A stretch of 64,000 bases of DNA from Dehalococcoidia bacterium UBA5748 (GCA_002419135.1 DIFM01000038.1:1922-65921), one strand, 5' to 3'; counted from the first letter of the stretch, positions 19,029 to 28,120 are shown. The notes: generated by a model from the sequence alone, not told the origin. Translations and numbers: made by a program.

Positions 19029-19057
19029 CGTGGTGAGCCTGTCGAACCATAACGGCA
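19029..19057. repeat. interspersed repeat family A copy (cgtggtgagcctgtcgaaccataacggca)
   Basis: Identical 29-mer recurs at 53203-53231. Close variants at 21371-21396, 20102-20124 and 53415-53468; inverted fragment at 21066-21080. Confidence 0.85.
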
Positions 19058-19106
19058 TCTTTATGCTACTTCCAAAACAGCGAACCGGATTGATATTATG
19101 TTATCG

Positions 19107-19823
19107 CTATTTATCCAGTTCATCAAGAGCCTGCTTTAAATTGATATCCTTGGTATAAAGCGCCTTTCCTATGATAGCACCGGCGGCCCCTAATTTTTTA
19201 AGCAGTTTCAAATGAGTAATAGTGGATATACCGCCCGAAGCGATAACAGTAGCTTTTATGGAATTGACAAGCTCGAAAAGAGCCGTAAAATTGGGTTCCG
19301 TCAATGTTCCGTCACGCCGGATATCCGTAAAAACAAAACCCCTTACTCCCAGTTTCATCATATCACGGGCAAATTCCACCGGTTCCCGACCGGTATCCAG
19401 TTTCCAGCCCCTGGTTGCCACTTTACCGTCTCTGGCATCGATACCGACAAATACGGACTTATTAAAGCATCGACAGGCCTCTTTTACCATTTGAGGGTCT
19501 TCAACAGCAGAAGTGCCGAGAATCACGCGGTCGACACCGCACTTCAACAGCTTGCCGATGGATTCCATATCACGAATACCGCCGCCTACCTCAACAGGTA
19601 TAAGTACCGAATTGGCGATTTCCGAAATGATTTCGAGGTTTTTCAGTTCACCGGCAGCCGCTCCGTCGAGGTCAACGATATGCAAACGCATAGCACCCAA
19701 AGATTGCCAGTTCATAGCCATACCTACCGGGTCGTCGGAAAAAACAGTTTCCATTCCGTAGTCACCCTGATAGAGGCGAACACACTTTCCGCCGCGTATA
19801 TCTATTGCCGGAATTATTTCCAT
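19107..19823 (-). CDS. hisA: ProFAR isomerase (HisA)
   Basis: MEIIPAIDIRGGKCVRLYQGDY… and …VIASGGIS…. ATG at 19823 follows GAGG; the track start at 19832 is TTG. Confidence 0.9.
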   Translation of the reverse strand: MEIIPAIDIRGGKCVRLYQGDYGMETVFSDDPVGMAMNWQSLGAMRLHIVDLDGAAAGELKNLEIISEIANSVLIPVEVGGGIRDMESIGKLLKCGVDRVILGTSAVEDPQMVKEACRCFNKSVFVGIDARDGKVATRGWKLDTGREPVEFARDMMKLGVRGFVFTDIRRDGTLTEPNFTALFELVNSIKATVIASGGISTITHLKLLKKLGAAGAIIGKALYTKDINLKQALDELDK

Positions 19824-20101
19824 ATAATGCAACCTCGACTCTTTCCAGATACCTGAACAAGAATTATAACATAATATACGTATTTAACGATAATAATTAT
19901 GGGAAAAGGGGTTTTTATAAATTATGGTTGCTGAGGATAATACTTCTACGCCGCTATGGATTGAATAAGTCCGCTACGCACGAAATTATAACTGTCATGC
20001 TGAATTCGTGAGAGACGAATAAAGCATCTGGGGCGAGGAGGAACCCCGATGAAGCGGGACCCCGGCGTCATTTATTCAATAGCAGAGAAGGAAAAATAAA
20101 T

Positions 20102-20124
20102 CCGTTCGTACTGAGCCTGTCGAA
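20102..20124. repeat. repeat family A variant
   Basis: ccgttcgtactgagcctgtcgaag, embedded in a composite repeat block at about 19990-20130 that also contains gtcatgctgaattcg (family D). Confidence 0.6.
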
Positions 20125-20145
20125 GTATGTTCCTGTTATTAATAA

Positions 20146-20547
20146 TTACTCATTTTTTTCTGCGGGTGTATCGAAACGCGTTACCTTCAGTTTGATTCCG
20201 GTGTAACCGATGACAATCACCTCTTCACCCACAGCGATTTTTTCGGCAGAGTGCGCACCCCACAGCTCCCCCTGTATCTTAACCAGACCCTGCGGATTAA
20301 TTTCTTCTACCGCAACTCCCCTCTTCCCTATAATAGCTTCTGGGTCGTTGACAGGTTCTCTTTGAAGTGCGCGGCTACTGGCTATAAATAAAAGCACTGA
20401 TAATCCCAGCCATCCAATCATTATCAGTACAAGAACGATGACGGGCACGCTTACTCCATAGTTGGGTAAAACCATCAGGGCAATAACCGCAATGGCTATC
20501 TCCTCAAGGATTACGCTTATTATCGCCCATATCAGCCTGACTTTCAT
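20146..20547 (-). CDS. NfeD-family membrane protein
   Basis: Three N-terminal TM helices plus a C-terminal OB-like NfeD domain (…GKRGVAVEEINPQGLVKIQGELWGAHS…EVIVIGYTGIKLKV). Confidence 0.8.
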   Translation of the reverse strand: MKVRLIWAIISVILEEIAIAVIALMVLPNYGVSVPVIVLVLIMIGWLGLSVLLFIASSRALQREPVNDPEAIIGKRGVAVEEINPQGLVKIQGELWGAHSAEKIAVGEEVIVIGYTGIKLKVTRFDTPAEKNE

Positions 20548-20734
20548 TGCAGATAATTATAGCACGTGCTGTTATGTTTAAGATTATTTTTATTCAGCCT
20601 GCAACCGTTGAATAGAAAACGCTTCGGACATTCCATAGGTCTTTATTAAAAAACAATTGGAGAGAAGTTGGACATTTTGACGTTCTTTCGTTAATATAGA
20701 GATGATAAATTATATATTTAAGAAGAGGGTCTAA

Positions 20735-20974
20735 ATGAAGGTATCAGAGTATCTTTTTAGTGAGTACAAGGATTTAACCACAAAATACGTCGCTGCCAGC
20801 CAGAGGCTCAGGGAGCTTTTACCCAGATTCACCGCTTTGAATCAGAGCGGAGAGGTGCCCAGTTCCACTTCCAGTAAAAACCTTATACAGGAACTGGATA
20901 AAATCGAGGACGACCTGGAAGATGCAGCCTACAAAGTGCGTTGCATAAAACATACGCTGGTCAGCCTGCTCTAA
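20735..20974 (+). CDS. hypothetical small helical protein
   Basis: 79-aa ORF with GAGGG SD-like sequence; no recognisable domain. Confidence 0.35.
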   Translation: MKVSEYLFSEYKDLTTKYVAASQRLRELLPRFTALNQSGEVPSSTSSKNLIQELDKIEDDLEDAAYKVRCIKHTLVSLL

Positions 20975-21150
20975 ACCACCGTTTTTCCAAAACACTCATA
21001 TTGATATCCCCTCTAATCGAGGGGATATTTGTTTATAAATTGGCGACTGTTTTGCCTCATCGACGCTTCGACAAGCTCAGCAACTGTCTTATTACGGACT
21101 GTCATACCGGAATTCGTAAGGGTCAACTGCCGGGAAATGCTAAAATGTCT

Positions 21151-21185
21151 TTGCGAGACCCGATATATCGGGGTGAAGCAATCTC
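21151..21185. repeat. repeat family B copy (inverted orientation)
   Basis: ttgcgagacccgatatatcggggtgaagcaatctc is the reverse-complement type of gagattgcttcg…ctcgcaacgac at 21276-21315 and 53305-53343. Internal hairpin cccgat/atcggg. Confidence 0.7.
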
Positions 21186-21275
21186 AACCATTGAAGTCTT
21201 TTACTGATGCGTAAATTTATTACCGGTAACGATTTTCTTATTATGTGCGGGGTGGGGTAATCAAGTTGTATTGTA

Positions 21276-21315
21276 GAGATTGCTTCGCTTTCCTTTAAGG
21301 AAAACTCGCAACGAC
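21276..21315. repeat. repeat family B copy
   Basis: gagattgcttcgctttcctttaaggaaaactcgcaacgac. Shares gattgcttcg…hairpin…ctcgcaacgac with 53305-53343. Confidence 0.75.
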
Positions 21316-21370
21316 AAAACTGCTTATCCTCTTTATATACACTGGGACAACAAAATGATAAAAAGACGCT

Positions 21371-21396
21371 CGTGGTGAGCCTGTCGAACTATAGCG
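21371..21396. repeat. repeat family A copy
   Basis: cgtggtgagcctgtcgaactatagcg; the first 19 nt are identical to the 19029 and 53203 copies, after which the tail diverges. Confidence 0.8.
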
Positions 21397-21426
21397 ATGA
21401 GGATTATCTAAAGAAGGCCTGATATA

Positions 21427-21660
21427 TTAAGCCCCCAGCGCCTCCACCTCATCCCGCCTTAGCTCCCTGACCTTGCCTGCTGTCAGTGTACCCAGCTGCA
21501 AAGTACCCATCCTGATGCGTTTTAATGATTTTACAGTGAATCCCATCGCCTCGAACATACGCCGTACCTGATGTTTTCTGCCCTCGTGAATGGTGATGCT
21601 GTAATCCCCGCCTTTAAGACGCGTTATCCTTGCCGGATAGGTCATCCCGTCTTCCAGCAT
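21427..21660 (-). pseudogene. C-terminal remnant of an RsuA/RluB-type rRNA pseudouridine synthase
   Basis: Encodes only …LEDG…ITIHEGRKHQVRRMFEAMGFTVKSLKRIRMG…L…G..RELRRDEV…, about the last 77 aa of a roughly 240-aa enzyme. The S4 domain and catalytic Asp region are absent; upstream sequence is AT-rich foreign DNA. Confidence 0.7.
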
Positions 21661-21709
21661 AATCCCTTTTTCGTTTCGAGTAGGGGATTATTGTTTATCA
21701 TTGGGGGTA

Positions 21710-21738
21710 TTGACAAACCCTCTATAAAGGTGTATGTT
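21710..21738 (+). promoter_or_regulatory. putative promoter of the AT-rich two-gene cassette
   Basis: TTGACA (21710-21715), 17-nt spacer ending in TG, then TATGTT (21733-21738). Confidence 0.45.
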
Positions 21739-21767
21739 AGAAATAAATAACGTTAGAATTATATAAC

Positions 21768-22388
21768 ATGGGGGCAAATAGTATGAAGAACAAGAAAACA
21801 TTCTGGGCATTTATGCTGGTTGCCATTATTATTGCGATAATTTTTATCGCTTTAGAATTATATTCGCTTGCTGTTGTAATTATTATAGGAGCTATAATTG
21901 CCGGACACCGTGAAATATGGTCATTGATAAGATACCGGAAAATGCCGCCGAACGATGAAAGGGTAAAAGAGAATATTAATAAGTCAGTACGGAACAGCTT
22001 TTTAGCTTTCATTATTGTATCCTTGATAACAATATTATTGTATGTTACCGATGAACCTGTACAACCGCTGTTAGAGTATTATCTCAGTGCTTTACTTTTG
22101 TCAGTTGGGGTAGTATATGTGATATCCTACTTATTTTATGACAGGATAGAAGCTAATTTAGGAAGCAGGGATATTAAGGCATTGAATATACTTGCTATAT
22201 TTGAAGTGGTCTCGTTGGTTATTTTTATTCTCAATGCTTTATTTGTAAATACGGTATTTCCTGTGATAACGGATGAAATATTTACATTACATAAACTTAT
22301 GCTTTATATTTCTCCAGTCGCATTTTCTCTGGGTATTATCGGCAGTTTGGTCATATTTGTTAAAGGATTATTAGTCAAAGCTTCATAA
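21768..22388 (+). CDS. hypothetical multi-pass membrane protein
   Basis: About six hydrophobic helices, AT-rich. Precedes a small XRE regulator, a recurrent pairing in many bacteria. Start could be 21783. Confidence 0.55.
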   Translation: MGANSMKNKKTFWAFMLVAIIIAIIFIALELYSLAVVIIIGAIIAGHREIWSLIRYRKMPPNDERVKENINKSVRNSFLAFIIVSLITILLYVTDEPVQPLLEYYLSALLLSVGVVYVISYLFYDRIEANLGSRDIKALNILAIFEVVSLVIFILNALFVNTVFPVITDEIFTLHKLMLYISPVAFSLGIIGSLVIFVKGLLVKAS

Positions 22389-22409
22389 ATAAGAGATCGG
22401 TTTAAAATT

Positions 22410-22610
22410 ATGAAAACGAAAATAAAGGAATACAGAGCCAAACTCAATATAACGCAGGAGAAGCTGGCCGAGATGGTCGATGTCAGGCGGGAAACGATAA
22501 TCTTTCTGGAGAAGGGGAAATACAATCCTTCATTGAGGCTGGCTTACAATATATCTAAAGCTTTGCAGGTAAATATAGATGAACTGTTTATTTTCGACGA
22601 TGAAGAATAA
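22410..22610 (+). CDS. small XRE-family HTH transcriptional regulator
   Basis: [60 protein letters not shown] is a canonical 66-aa Cro/C1-type HTH. Confidence 0.85.
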   Translation: MKTKIKEYRAKLNITQEKLAEMVDVRRETIIFLEKGKYNPSLRLAYNISKALQVNIDELFIFDDEE

Positions 22611-22694
22611 TAGAGATGACAGGGGAATCACCATAGGGACGGGTATTTTTAGTCCCTAAAAATTTTGATACGCTTGATTAGCTCCACCCCACTG

Positions 22695-22731
22695 GATTCT
22701 TCGTCCACCTGCGGTGTCATCCAGAATGACA
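22695..22731. repeat. repeat family C copy (inverted)
   Basis: Its reverse complement tgtcattctggatgacaccgcaggtggacgaagaatc matches 28403-28439 at 36/37 positions. Confidence 0.9.
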
Positions 22732-22829
22732 GTTTACGAATTACTACTCTGCAGTTCTCTCTCTTTAGCAAAGGGAGATTAAGAGGGATTTTGGCAAGTT
22801 ATTCGAATGGATAGCACAATATGTGGGAA

Positions 22830-22872
22830 ATCTCCCTTACTCCCTCTTTGGAAAAGAGGGAGTAAGGGAGAT
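22830..22872. repeat. perfect 20-bp-stem palindrome (repeat family E)
   Basis: atctcccttactccctcttt (22830-22849), loop gga, aaagagggagtaagggagat (22853-22872). Checked base by base. Related degenerate copies at about 22756-22792, 28225-28250 and 12811-12840. Confidence 0.9.
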
Positions 22873-22957
22873 GTTTGGTATTTGCCCCTTATCAACCTTG
22901 TCCCGTGAAGTCTTAACTCAACATCCGGGGTGGGATGGTTAACAAAGTAGCCGGTTT

Positions 22958-23932
22958 TTAAACCAGCTTCATGTTTTTACGAACCAGTTTCATCGTATCC
23001 CGGGCAATAACCCGGGCGCGTTCGGCGCCGTCTGCCAGAATACCTTCCAGCGCTTTAGGGTTGGCTTCCAGTTCCATGCGGCGTTCGCGGATGGGTCTCA
23101 TGGCGTTATTTATAGCTGTTATCAGCAAGTTCTTGCATTCCACGCAGCCGATTTCGGCGTTTCTGCATTTCTCGTCGATGCCGTTTCTGCCCTCGGCATC
23201 GAACTGCCCCAGCAGCTTATAGATATTGCATATCTCCGGGTGCCCCGGGTCGGAGCGGCGCAGGCGGGCAGGGTCGGTGAAAGCAGTCTTGATTTTATCG
23301 GCGGTTTCCTTTTCCGTCATGGCAATTTCGATATGGTTGCCGGCTTGCTTGCTCATCTTTCCCTTGCCGTCAAGACCGGGAACATTGGGGAAGTCTGTCA
23401 GTTTGGCTTTCGGTTCGATTAGCGTTTCTCCGAACAGGCTGTTAAAACGGCGTACGATTTCTCTCGTCAATTCGAGATGTGGCAACTGGTCTTCGCCAAC
23501 GGGAACCGTGTCCGCTTTATATAACACGATATCGGATGCCATTAGTACCGGATATCCCACCAGTCCGTAGTTTACGTTTTCTTTCTGGAGCTTTACTTTA
23601 TCCTTAAATGTAGGGACCCTTAAAAGCCAGCTCAAAGGTGTTATCATACCCAGCAGGGTGTTAAGCTCCGTAACCTCCGGCACATGCGATTGAACGAAGA
23701 GGATGCTCTTTTGCGGGTCTAAACCCACGGAAAGCCAATCTAAAAGCATCTCATGTATATTTGCCTGCAGATCGGAAGTATCTTCCATCGATGTTAAGGC
23801 ATGAATATCGACTATACAATATACGCAGTCGTATTCATCCTGCAGTTTGACCCAGTTCTGCAATGCGCCGAGATAGTTTCCTATATGTAAACGTCCTGTG
23901 GGGCGCGCCCCCGAAAAAATACGGTGTTTCAT
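22958..23932 (-). CDS. trpS: tryptophan--tRNA ligase
   Basis: …GARPTGRLHIGNYLGAL… (HIGH-type) and KMSKQ (KMSKS-type) motifs; 324 aa. Confidence 0.95.
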   Translation of the reverse strand: MKHRIFSGARPTGRLHIGNYLGALQNWVKLQDEYDCVYCIVDIHALTSMEDTSDLQANIHEMLLDWLSVGLDPQKSILFVQSHVPEVTELNTLLGMITPLSWLLRVPTFKDKVKLQKENVNYGLVGYPVLMASDIVLYKADTVPVGEDQLPHLELTREIVRRFNSLFGETLIEPKAKLTDFPNVPGLDGKGKMSKQAGNHIEIAMTEKETADKIKTAFTDPARLRRSDPGHPEICNIYKLLGQFDAEGRNGIDEKCRNAEIGCVECKNLLITAINNAMRPIRERRMELEANPKALEGILADGAERARVIARDTMKLVRKNMKLV

Positions 23933-24058
23933 AATGCTCCTTTGGAATGATAAAAAAGTTTAGCACAATATAATGTTTCCGACAAATTGCGGTATGGTAT
24001 TTGTAGTAAACCTGCAATAATGTGATAATGTGCTGAATACGATAAAACGGCGGAGTAT

Positions 24059-24733
24059 ATGATAAAGCTGGAGAATATTACCAAAAAGTACCGCATGGGC
24101 GAAGAAATCATTCTTGCGGTTTCGGGCGTCAGCCTGGAGATAAAGGAAGGGGAATTCGTTGCCCTGGTAGGGCCCTCCGGTTCCGGCAAATCAACTATGA
24201 TGCATCTTATCGGCGGGCTGGATACCCCGACATCCGGCAGGGTAATTGTCGATGGGCAGGATTTAAGCCGTGCTACTGATAAAGAGCTTTCCCGCTACCG
24301 CAATGAAAAAATCGGCTTCGTTTTTCAGGCATTTAACCTGCATCCTACCTACACCGCCACCGAAAATGTGGCTTTACCGCTAATTTTTTCGGGAATCGGG
24401 CAAAGCAGTCGTATGAAAATGGCAGCGGATGCACTGGAAATTGTAGGTCTTGCCGAGAGGGCATCGCATCGCCCCAACCAGCTTTCCGGCGGAGAAAGAC
24501 AGCGCGTCAGCATTGCCCGCGCGCTGGTAACGCAGCCGAAAATTATACTTGCCGATGAACCGACGGGAAATCTCGACAGCAAGAACGGCAAACACATCAT
24601 GGAGCTTTTGTCACAGTTAAACAGGGAAAAAGGTATTACCCTTATAATCGTTACTCACGATATGGAAATTGCCGCTGTTGCCGGACGCATAATCAAGATG
24701 AGAGATGGCAAAATAATTGAGGATGAGAGATGA
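24059..24733 (+). CDS. ABC transporter ATP-binding protein (MacB/LolD-like)
   Basis: Walker A GPSGSGKST, signature LSGGERQRV, Walker B ILADEPT. Confidence 0.9.
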   Translation: MIKLENITKKYRMGEEIILAVSGVSLEIKEGEFVALVGPSGSGKSTMMHLIGGLDTPTSGRVIVDGQDLSRATDKELSRYRNEKIGFVFQAFNLHPTYTATENVALPLIFSGIGQSSRMKMAADALEIVGLAERASHRPNQLSGGERQRVSIARALVTQPKIILADEPTGNLDSKNGKHIMELLSQLNREKGITLIIVTHDMEIAAVAGRIIKMRDGKIIEDER

Positions 24734-26001
24734 TATTTACCGACGTAATAAAAACCGCTTTTTATAACCTTTGGCGCAAGAAATTTCGCACTTTTATGAC
24801 AGTGCTGGCAATAATTATAGGTGCTGTGCTGATTGCGTTGATGACATCCATCGGTACCGGTTTGCAGAGATTTATCATTGACCAGTTCGGCTTGATGGTG
24901 CCGCAAGATGCTTTAACGGTATATGCCACCAACAGGAGTTTTACTCATGTCGATACCCCTTATGAAATCGTCGATTCATCCGATACAATCGTGCGCTCTT
25001 TTACCGCTGATGATATCGATAAACTGCTCTCCATAGACGGCGTAGAACGTGTCGATTATAACGTCGGGGTATCCGCTTTATACGTCAAGGCTGCAGACAG
25101 TGATAAGAAATACTCTATTTCCATCAATTCAGGCCCGGATTATCAAATTAGAATAATGACGCTGGTAGCCGGGGATTTTTTTGAAGAGGATTCCCGCGGC
25201 GATTGTCTTATTAGCTACGATTACATGGACGCTTTCGGGTGGGAAACGGCGGAAGATGCCATAGGAAAAGAAATAAAGATTACGGTCGGGAAGGCGAGTG
25301 CCTATGATACCGAAACGAAAGAATATATTTTTACTGTATCAGGTGTTATCTTGAAATCGATGAATGCCACACAAATCGTGATACCGATGGATGATACCAT
25401 TGAAATGGCGCGCTACTATCGGGATAACCCGTCCCAGTATTCACTTGAGCAACCGGGTACCTCATTACTGGTAAAAGTGAGCGATGTTAACGATATAGAT
25501 ATAGTGGCGGATTCAATTAGGGAAGAGGGATTCGGTACCGTTACTCCGAATGAAATACTGAAAGAGATCAATAATGTCTTTTCAATTATTCAAATCGGCT
25601 TGAGCGCCTTCGGAGTTATTGCACTGATTGTTGCCAGCATCGGCATTATCAATACACTTATGATGTCGATTTACGAGCGTACCCGTGAAATCGGTGTTAT
25701 GAAAGCGGTCGGGGCAACGAAAGGGACCATTCGTTTACTATTTACCATGGAAGGAGTGGCGTTGGGGCTGATCGGAGGGGTTGCAGGTGTGGCTATCGGA
25801 TATTTAGCCGGTAAAGCACTTAATATAGTCGGAAGTTATACTTTCCTGAGCGATTATCCCACATTCGAGATGTCGGTATTCTCGATAGATATGGTGCTTC
25901 TGGTTATAGCTATTACAACCTTTATCAGTCTGATTGCAGCGATTTATCCGGCAAATCGAGCTGCTAAACTGGAAGCGGTGGATGCCTTGCGCTACGAGTA
26001 G
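24730..26001 (+). CDS. ABC transporter permease, FtsX/MacB-type
   Basis: N-terminal TM helix, large extracytoplasmic domain, C-terminal FtsX-like 3-TM bundle (…ERTREIGVMKAVGAT…). ATGA overlap with the ATPase gene. Confidence 0.85.
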   Translation: MIFTDVIKTAFYNLWRKKFRTFMTVLAIIIGAVLIALMTSIGTGLQRFIIDQFGLMVPQDALTVYATNRSFTHVDTPYEIVDSSDTIVRSFTADDIDKLLSIDGVERVDYNVGVSALYVKAADSDKKYSISINSGPDYQIRIMTLVAGDFFEEDSRGDCLISYDYMDAFGWETAEDAIGKEIKITVGKASAYDTETKEYIFTVSGVILKSMNATQIVIPMDDTIEMARYYRDNPSQYSLEQPGTSLLVKVSDVNDIDIVADSIREEGFGTVTPNEILKEINNVFSIIQIGLSAFGVIALIVASIGIINTLMMSIYERTREIGVMKAVGATKGTIRLLFTMEGVALGLIGGVAGVAIGYLAGKALNIVGSYTFLSDYPTFEMSVFSIDMVLLVIAITTFISLIAAIYPANRAAKLEAVDALRYE

Positions 26002-26085
26002 GGAATCCCATATAAATCCGCATTAAGAAAAGACCTGTCATTCTATCTTCCGTTACGTTTTAGAATTTATGCATTTAAAATAGAA

Positions 26086-26121
26086 CGGACGCAGGAAGTG
26101 TTAAAGAAATCCCTGCGTCCG
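26086..26121. terminator. hairpin between convergent genes
   Basis: Perfect 10-bp stem cggacgcagg / cctgcgtccg with 16-nt loop. Confidence 0.45.
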
Positions 26122-26171
26122 AATTATTTAAACCTGTTGATTAAACTACATGCTTTCTATAAATTGCAGCT

Positions 26172-27086
26172 CTATCTGCCCCATGTCCCTAAATTGTAAA
26201 GACCCGTATCATCAGGACTAAAGAGATAGAGAGTGTTTCCTACTAGTGCGGTGTTATAAATATAATAATAACCATCGTCTGTAATATCATTGAGGACAAG
26301 ACAAGCGGATACAAAATATCCGTCCTCTGCAGCTAACATTTGCATTTTTAATGCCATTGAATAATAATCGTCAGCATATATTCCGGTGTCTGTTTGAACA
26401 TTATCATCGAGCCATTGTTGTAAAGCGTTAAAACTCGGGAAGTCCTTTAAAGGATATTTTGCCTGTATTGCGCTAAGCTGGCTTTGCAGCGATTCCACCT
26501 GCGATAAAGCATCTTCCAGTTCGGATTCCAGTGAAGCTACGTTTGCCATAGCGGCTGCAAGCTCATCCTCCAGGTTGGTTACTTCTAATTCAGAAGCTGC
26601 CAGTTCGGATTCCAACCTGGTCACTTCCACCTGTGATAAGTTTAACTGGCTGGTGGTATCCGCCAGTTGGTCCTCAAGGTTAGCAACATTGGCCTGTTCT
26701 TCTGCCAGGTCGTTCTCCAAGCCGGCAACGGTAGCCTTTTCGTTATCCAGTTGCGTTTGCAGGCTGGTGATGTTGGCCTGTTTGGCAGCCAGGTCGGTTT
26801 GCAATGCCGAAACATCGCTTTCGAGATTCGATATATCAGTTTTCAAGTTGCCGCTTTGAATAAAATAAAAGGCTCCCAAACCTATAAGACCTGCCGCCAG
26901 AATACCTATTATGATAAACAATGTTGTATTCTTTTTACCGGGTTTCGAACTGTTTTGAGCAACTGCTTTATTTATTACTGCCGGTGGTACGGATTCTTCA
27001 GGAGCAGAGTCTAACTTTGTTCCGCAAGTCGTGCAGAACATACTGCTGTTTTCTACGGGAGACCCGCAATTGGGGCAATAGCGCAT
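26172..27086 (-). CDS. zinc-ribbon / TM / coiled-coil protein
   Basis: MRYCPNCGSPVENSSMFCTTCG zinc ribbon, one TM helix, then about 130 aa of repetitive coiled coil (…LESELAASELEVTNLEDELAAAMANVASLESELEDALSQVESLQSQL…), then a globular C-terminal domain. ATG at 27086 follows AGGAG. Confidence 0.6.
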   Translation of the reverse strand: MRYCPNCGSPVENSSMFCTTCGTKLDSAPEESVPPAVINKAVAQNSSKPGKKNTTLFIIIGILAAGLIGLGAFYFIQSGNLKTDISNLESDVSALQTDLAAKQANITSLQTQLDNEKATVAGLENDLAEEQANVANLEDQLADTTSQLNLSQVEVTRLESELAASELEVTNLEDELAAAMANVASLESELEDALSQVESLQSQLSAIQAKYPLKDFPSFNALQQWLDDNVQTDTGIYADDYYSMALKMQMLAAEDGYFVSACLVLNDITDDGYYYIYNTALVGNTLYLFSPDDTGLYNLGTWGR

Positions 27087-27274
27087 TATGATTCTCCTAC
27101 TGGGGATATTACAATTAAAACAATAGTATTCCGGTCGCATGTGATTGTCAATACAAAAAATAGCTATTTATTACAAATTACGGAAGAATTACTGAAATTA
27201 ATAGTTATAAAAACTCTTAATTTATAAGTGAGGATTTTACGATATTAAAAATCTATGCCTTACGCTACGAATAG

Positions 27275-28120
27275 TTAAGCCAGCTTTTCCAGTCTTGCCA
27301 CTACTTCATCGATAGTGGACTGGTCGGTAGAAGCGCCGGAGGTAACGCCGACGAATTCCTTCCCTTCAAGCCATTCGGGATTGATTTCATCCGCTGTTTC
27401 TACCAGATAGGTCGGGGTTACCGTTGAGCACAGTTCGACCAGATGCCGGCTGTTGGCGCTGGTATGACCGCCGACAACCAGTACCAGGTCGCATTCCTTT
27501 GACAGTTCGAGAGAGTTCTTTTGTCTTTGCCTGATGTCGTGGCATATAGTATCGACTACCCGCAATTCGGCATCCTTAAAGACAGGGGATACTAAAAGCT
27601 TTTTAATAAACTCGGCAAAAGAGTCCGGTATCTGGGTTGTCTGGGAGAGTATTCCCAGCCTGCGCGGCAAAGATGCTGTTTTCAAAAGGCTTTCGACATT
27701 TGTGGTGGCTATTCCTTTACTGTCTGTCCTCCCAAGTATTCCCTTTACTTCCGGGTGTGCGGCATCGCCGTAAACAATCGTATAATAGCCGTCTTTAGCG
27801 AATCTCTCAGCGGTAATCTGGGCGCGTTTTACAAAGGGGCAGGTGGTATCGATGGGTTCTATTTGGCGCCTCTTTATATCTTCGGCAACTTCCGGGCTTA
27901 CCCCGTGAGAGCTGGTGATAACCACTGTTCCTTTTACATCTGCCAAATCTTTAACCACAGAAACGCCTTTTTCAGCCAGCTTGCGAAGTACCGGCTGATT
28001 GTGGACTATGGCTCCCAGCGTTTCCACATTGCCGCGTTCGGCAGCGATTCGTTCAACGATATCTATAGCACGTCTGACGCCGAGGCAGAATCCGATTCCT
28101 TCAGCCCGCTTGATTTGCAT
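27275..28120 (-). CDS. ispH: 4-hydroxy-3-methylbut-2-enyl diphosphate reductase
   Basis: …GFCLGVRRAI…, …TTCPFV…, …DTICHD…; the three conserved Cys contexts of IspH/LytB. Confidence 0.9.
   Translation of the reverse strand: MQIKRAEGIGFCLGVRRAIDIVERIAAERGNVETLGAIVHNQPVLRKLAEKGVSVVKDLADVKGTVVITSSHGVSPEVAEDIKRRQIEPIDTTCPFVKRAQITAERFAKDGYYTIVYGDAAHPEVKGILGRTDSKGIATTNVESLLKTASLPRRLGILSQTTQIPDSFAEFIKKLLVSPVFKDAELRVVDTICHDIRQRQKNSLELSKECDLVLVVGGHTSANSRHLVELCSTVTPTYLVETADEINPEWLEGKEFVGVTSGASTDQSTIDEVVARLEKLA

Noticed and set aside
22611-24058. T-box or other leader upstream of trpS (and similarly gltX)
   Set aside because: The trpS 5' spacer is only about 125 bp, shared with a divergent ABC gene. 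gltX has no 5' spacer at all because it overlaps the upstream ORF. There is no room for a T-box.
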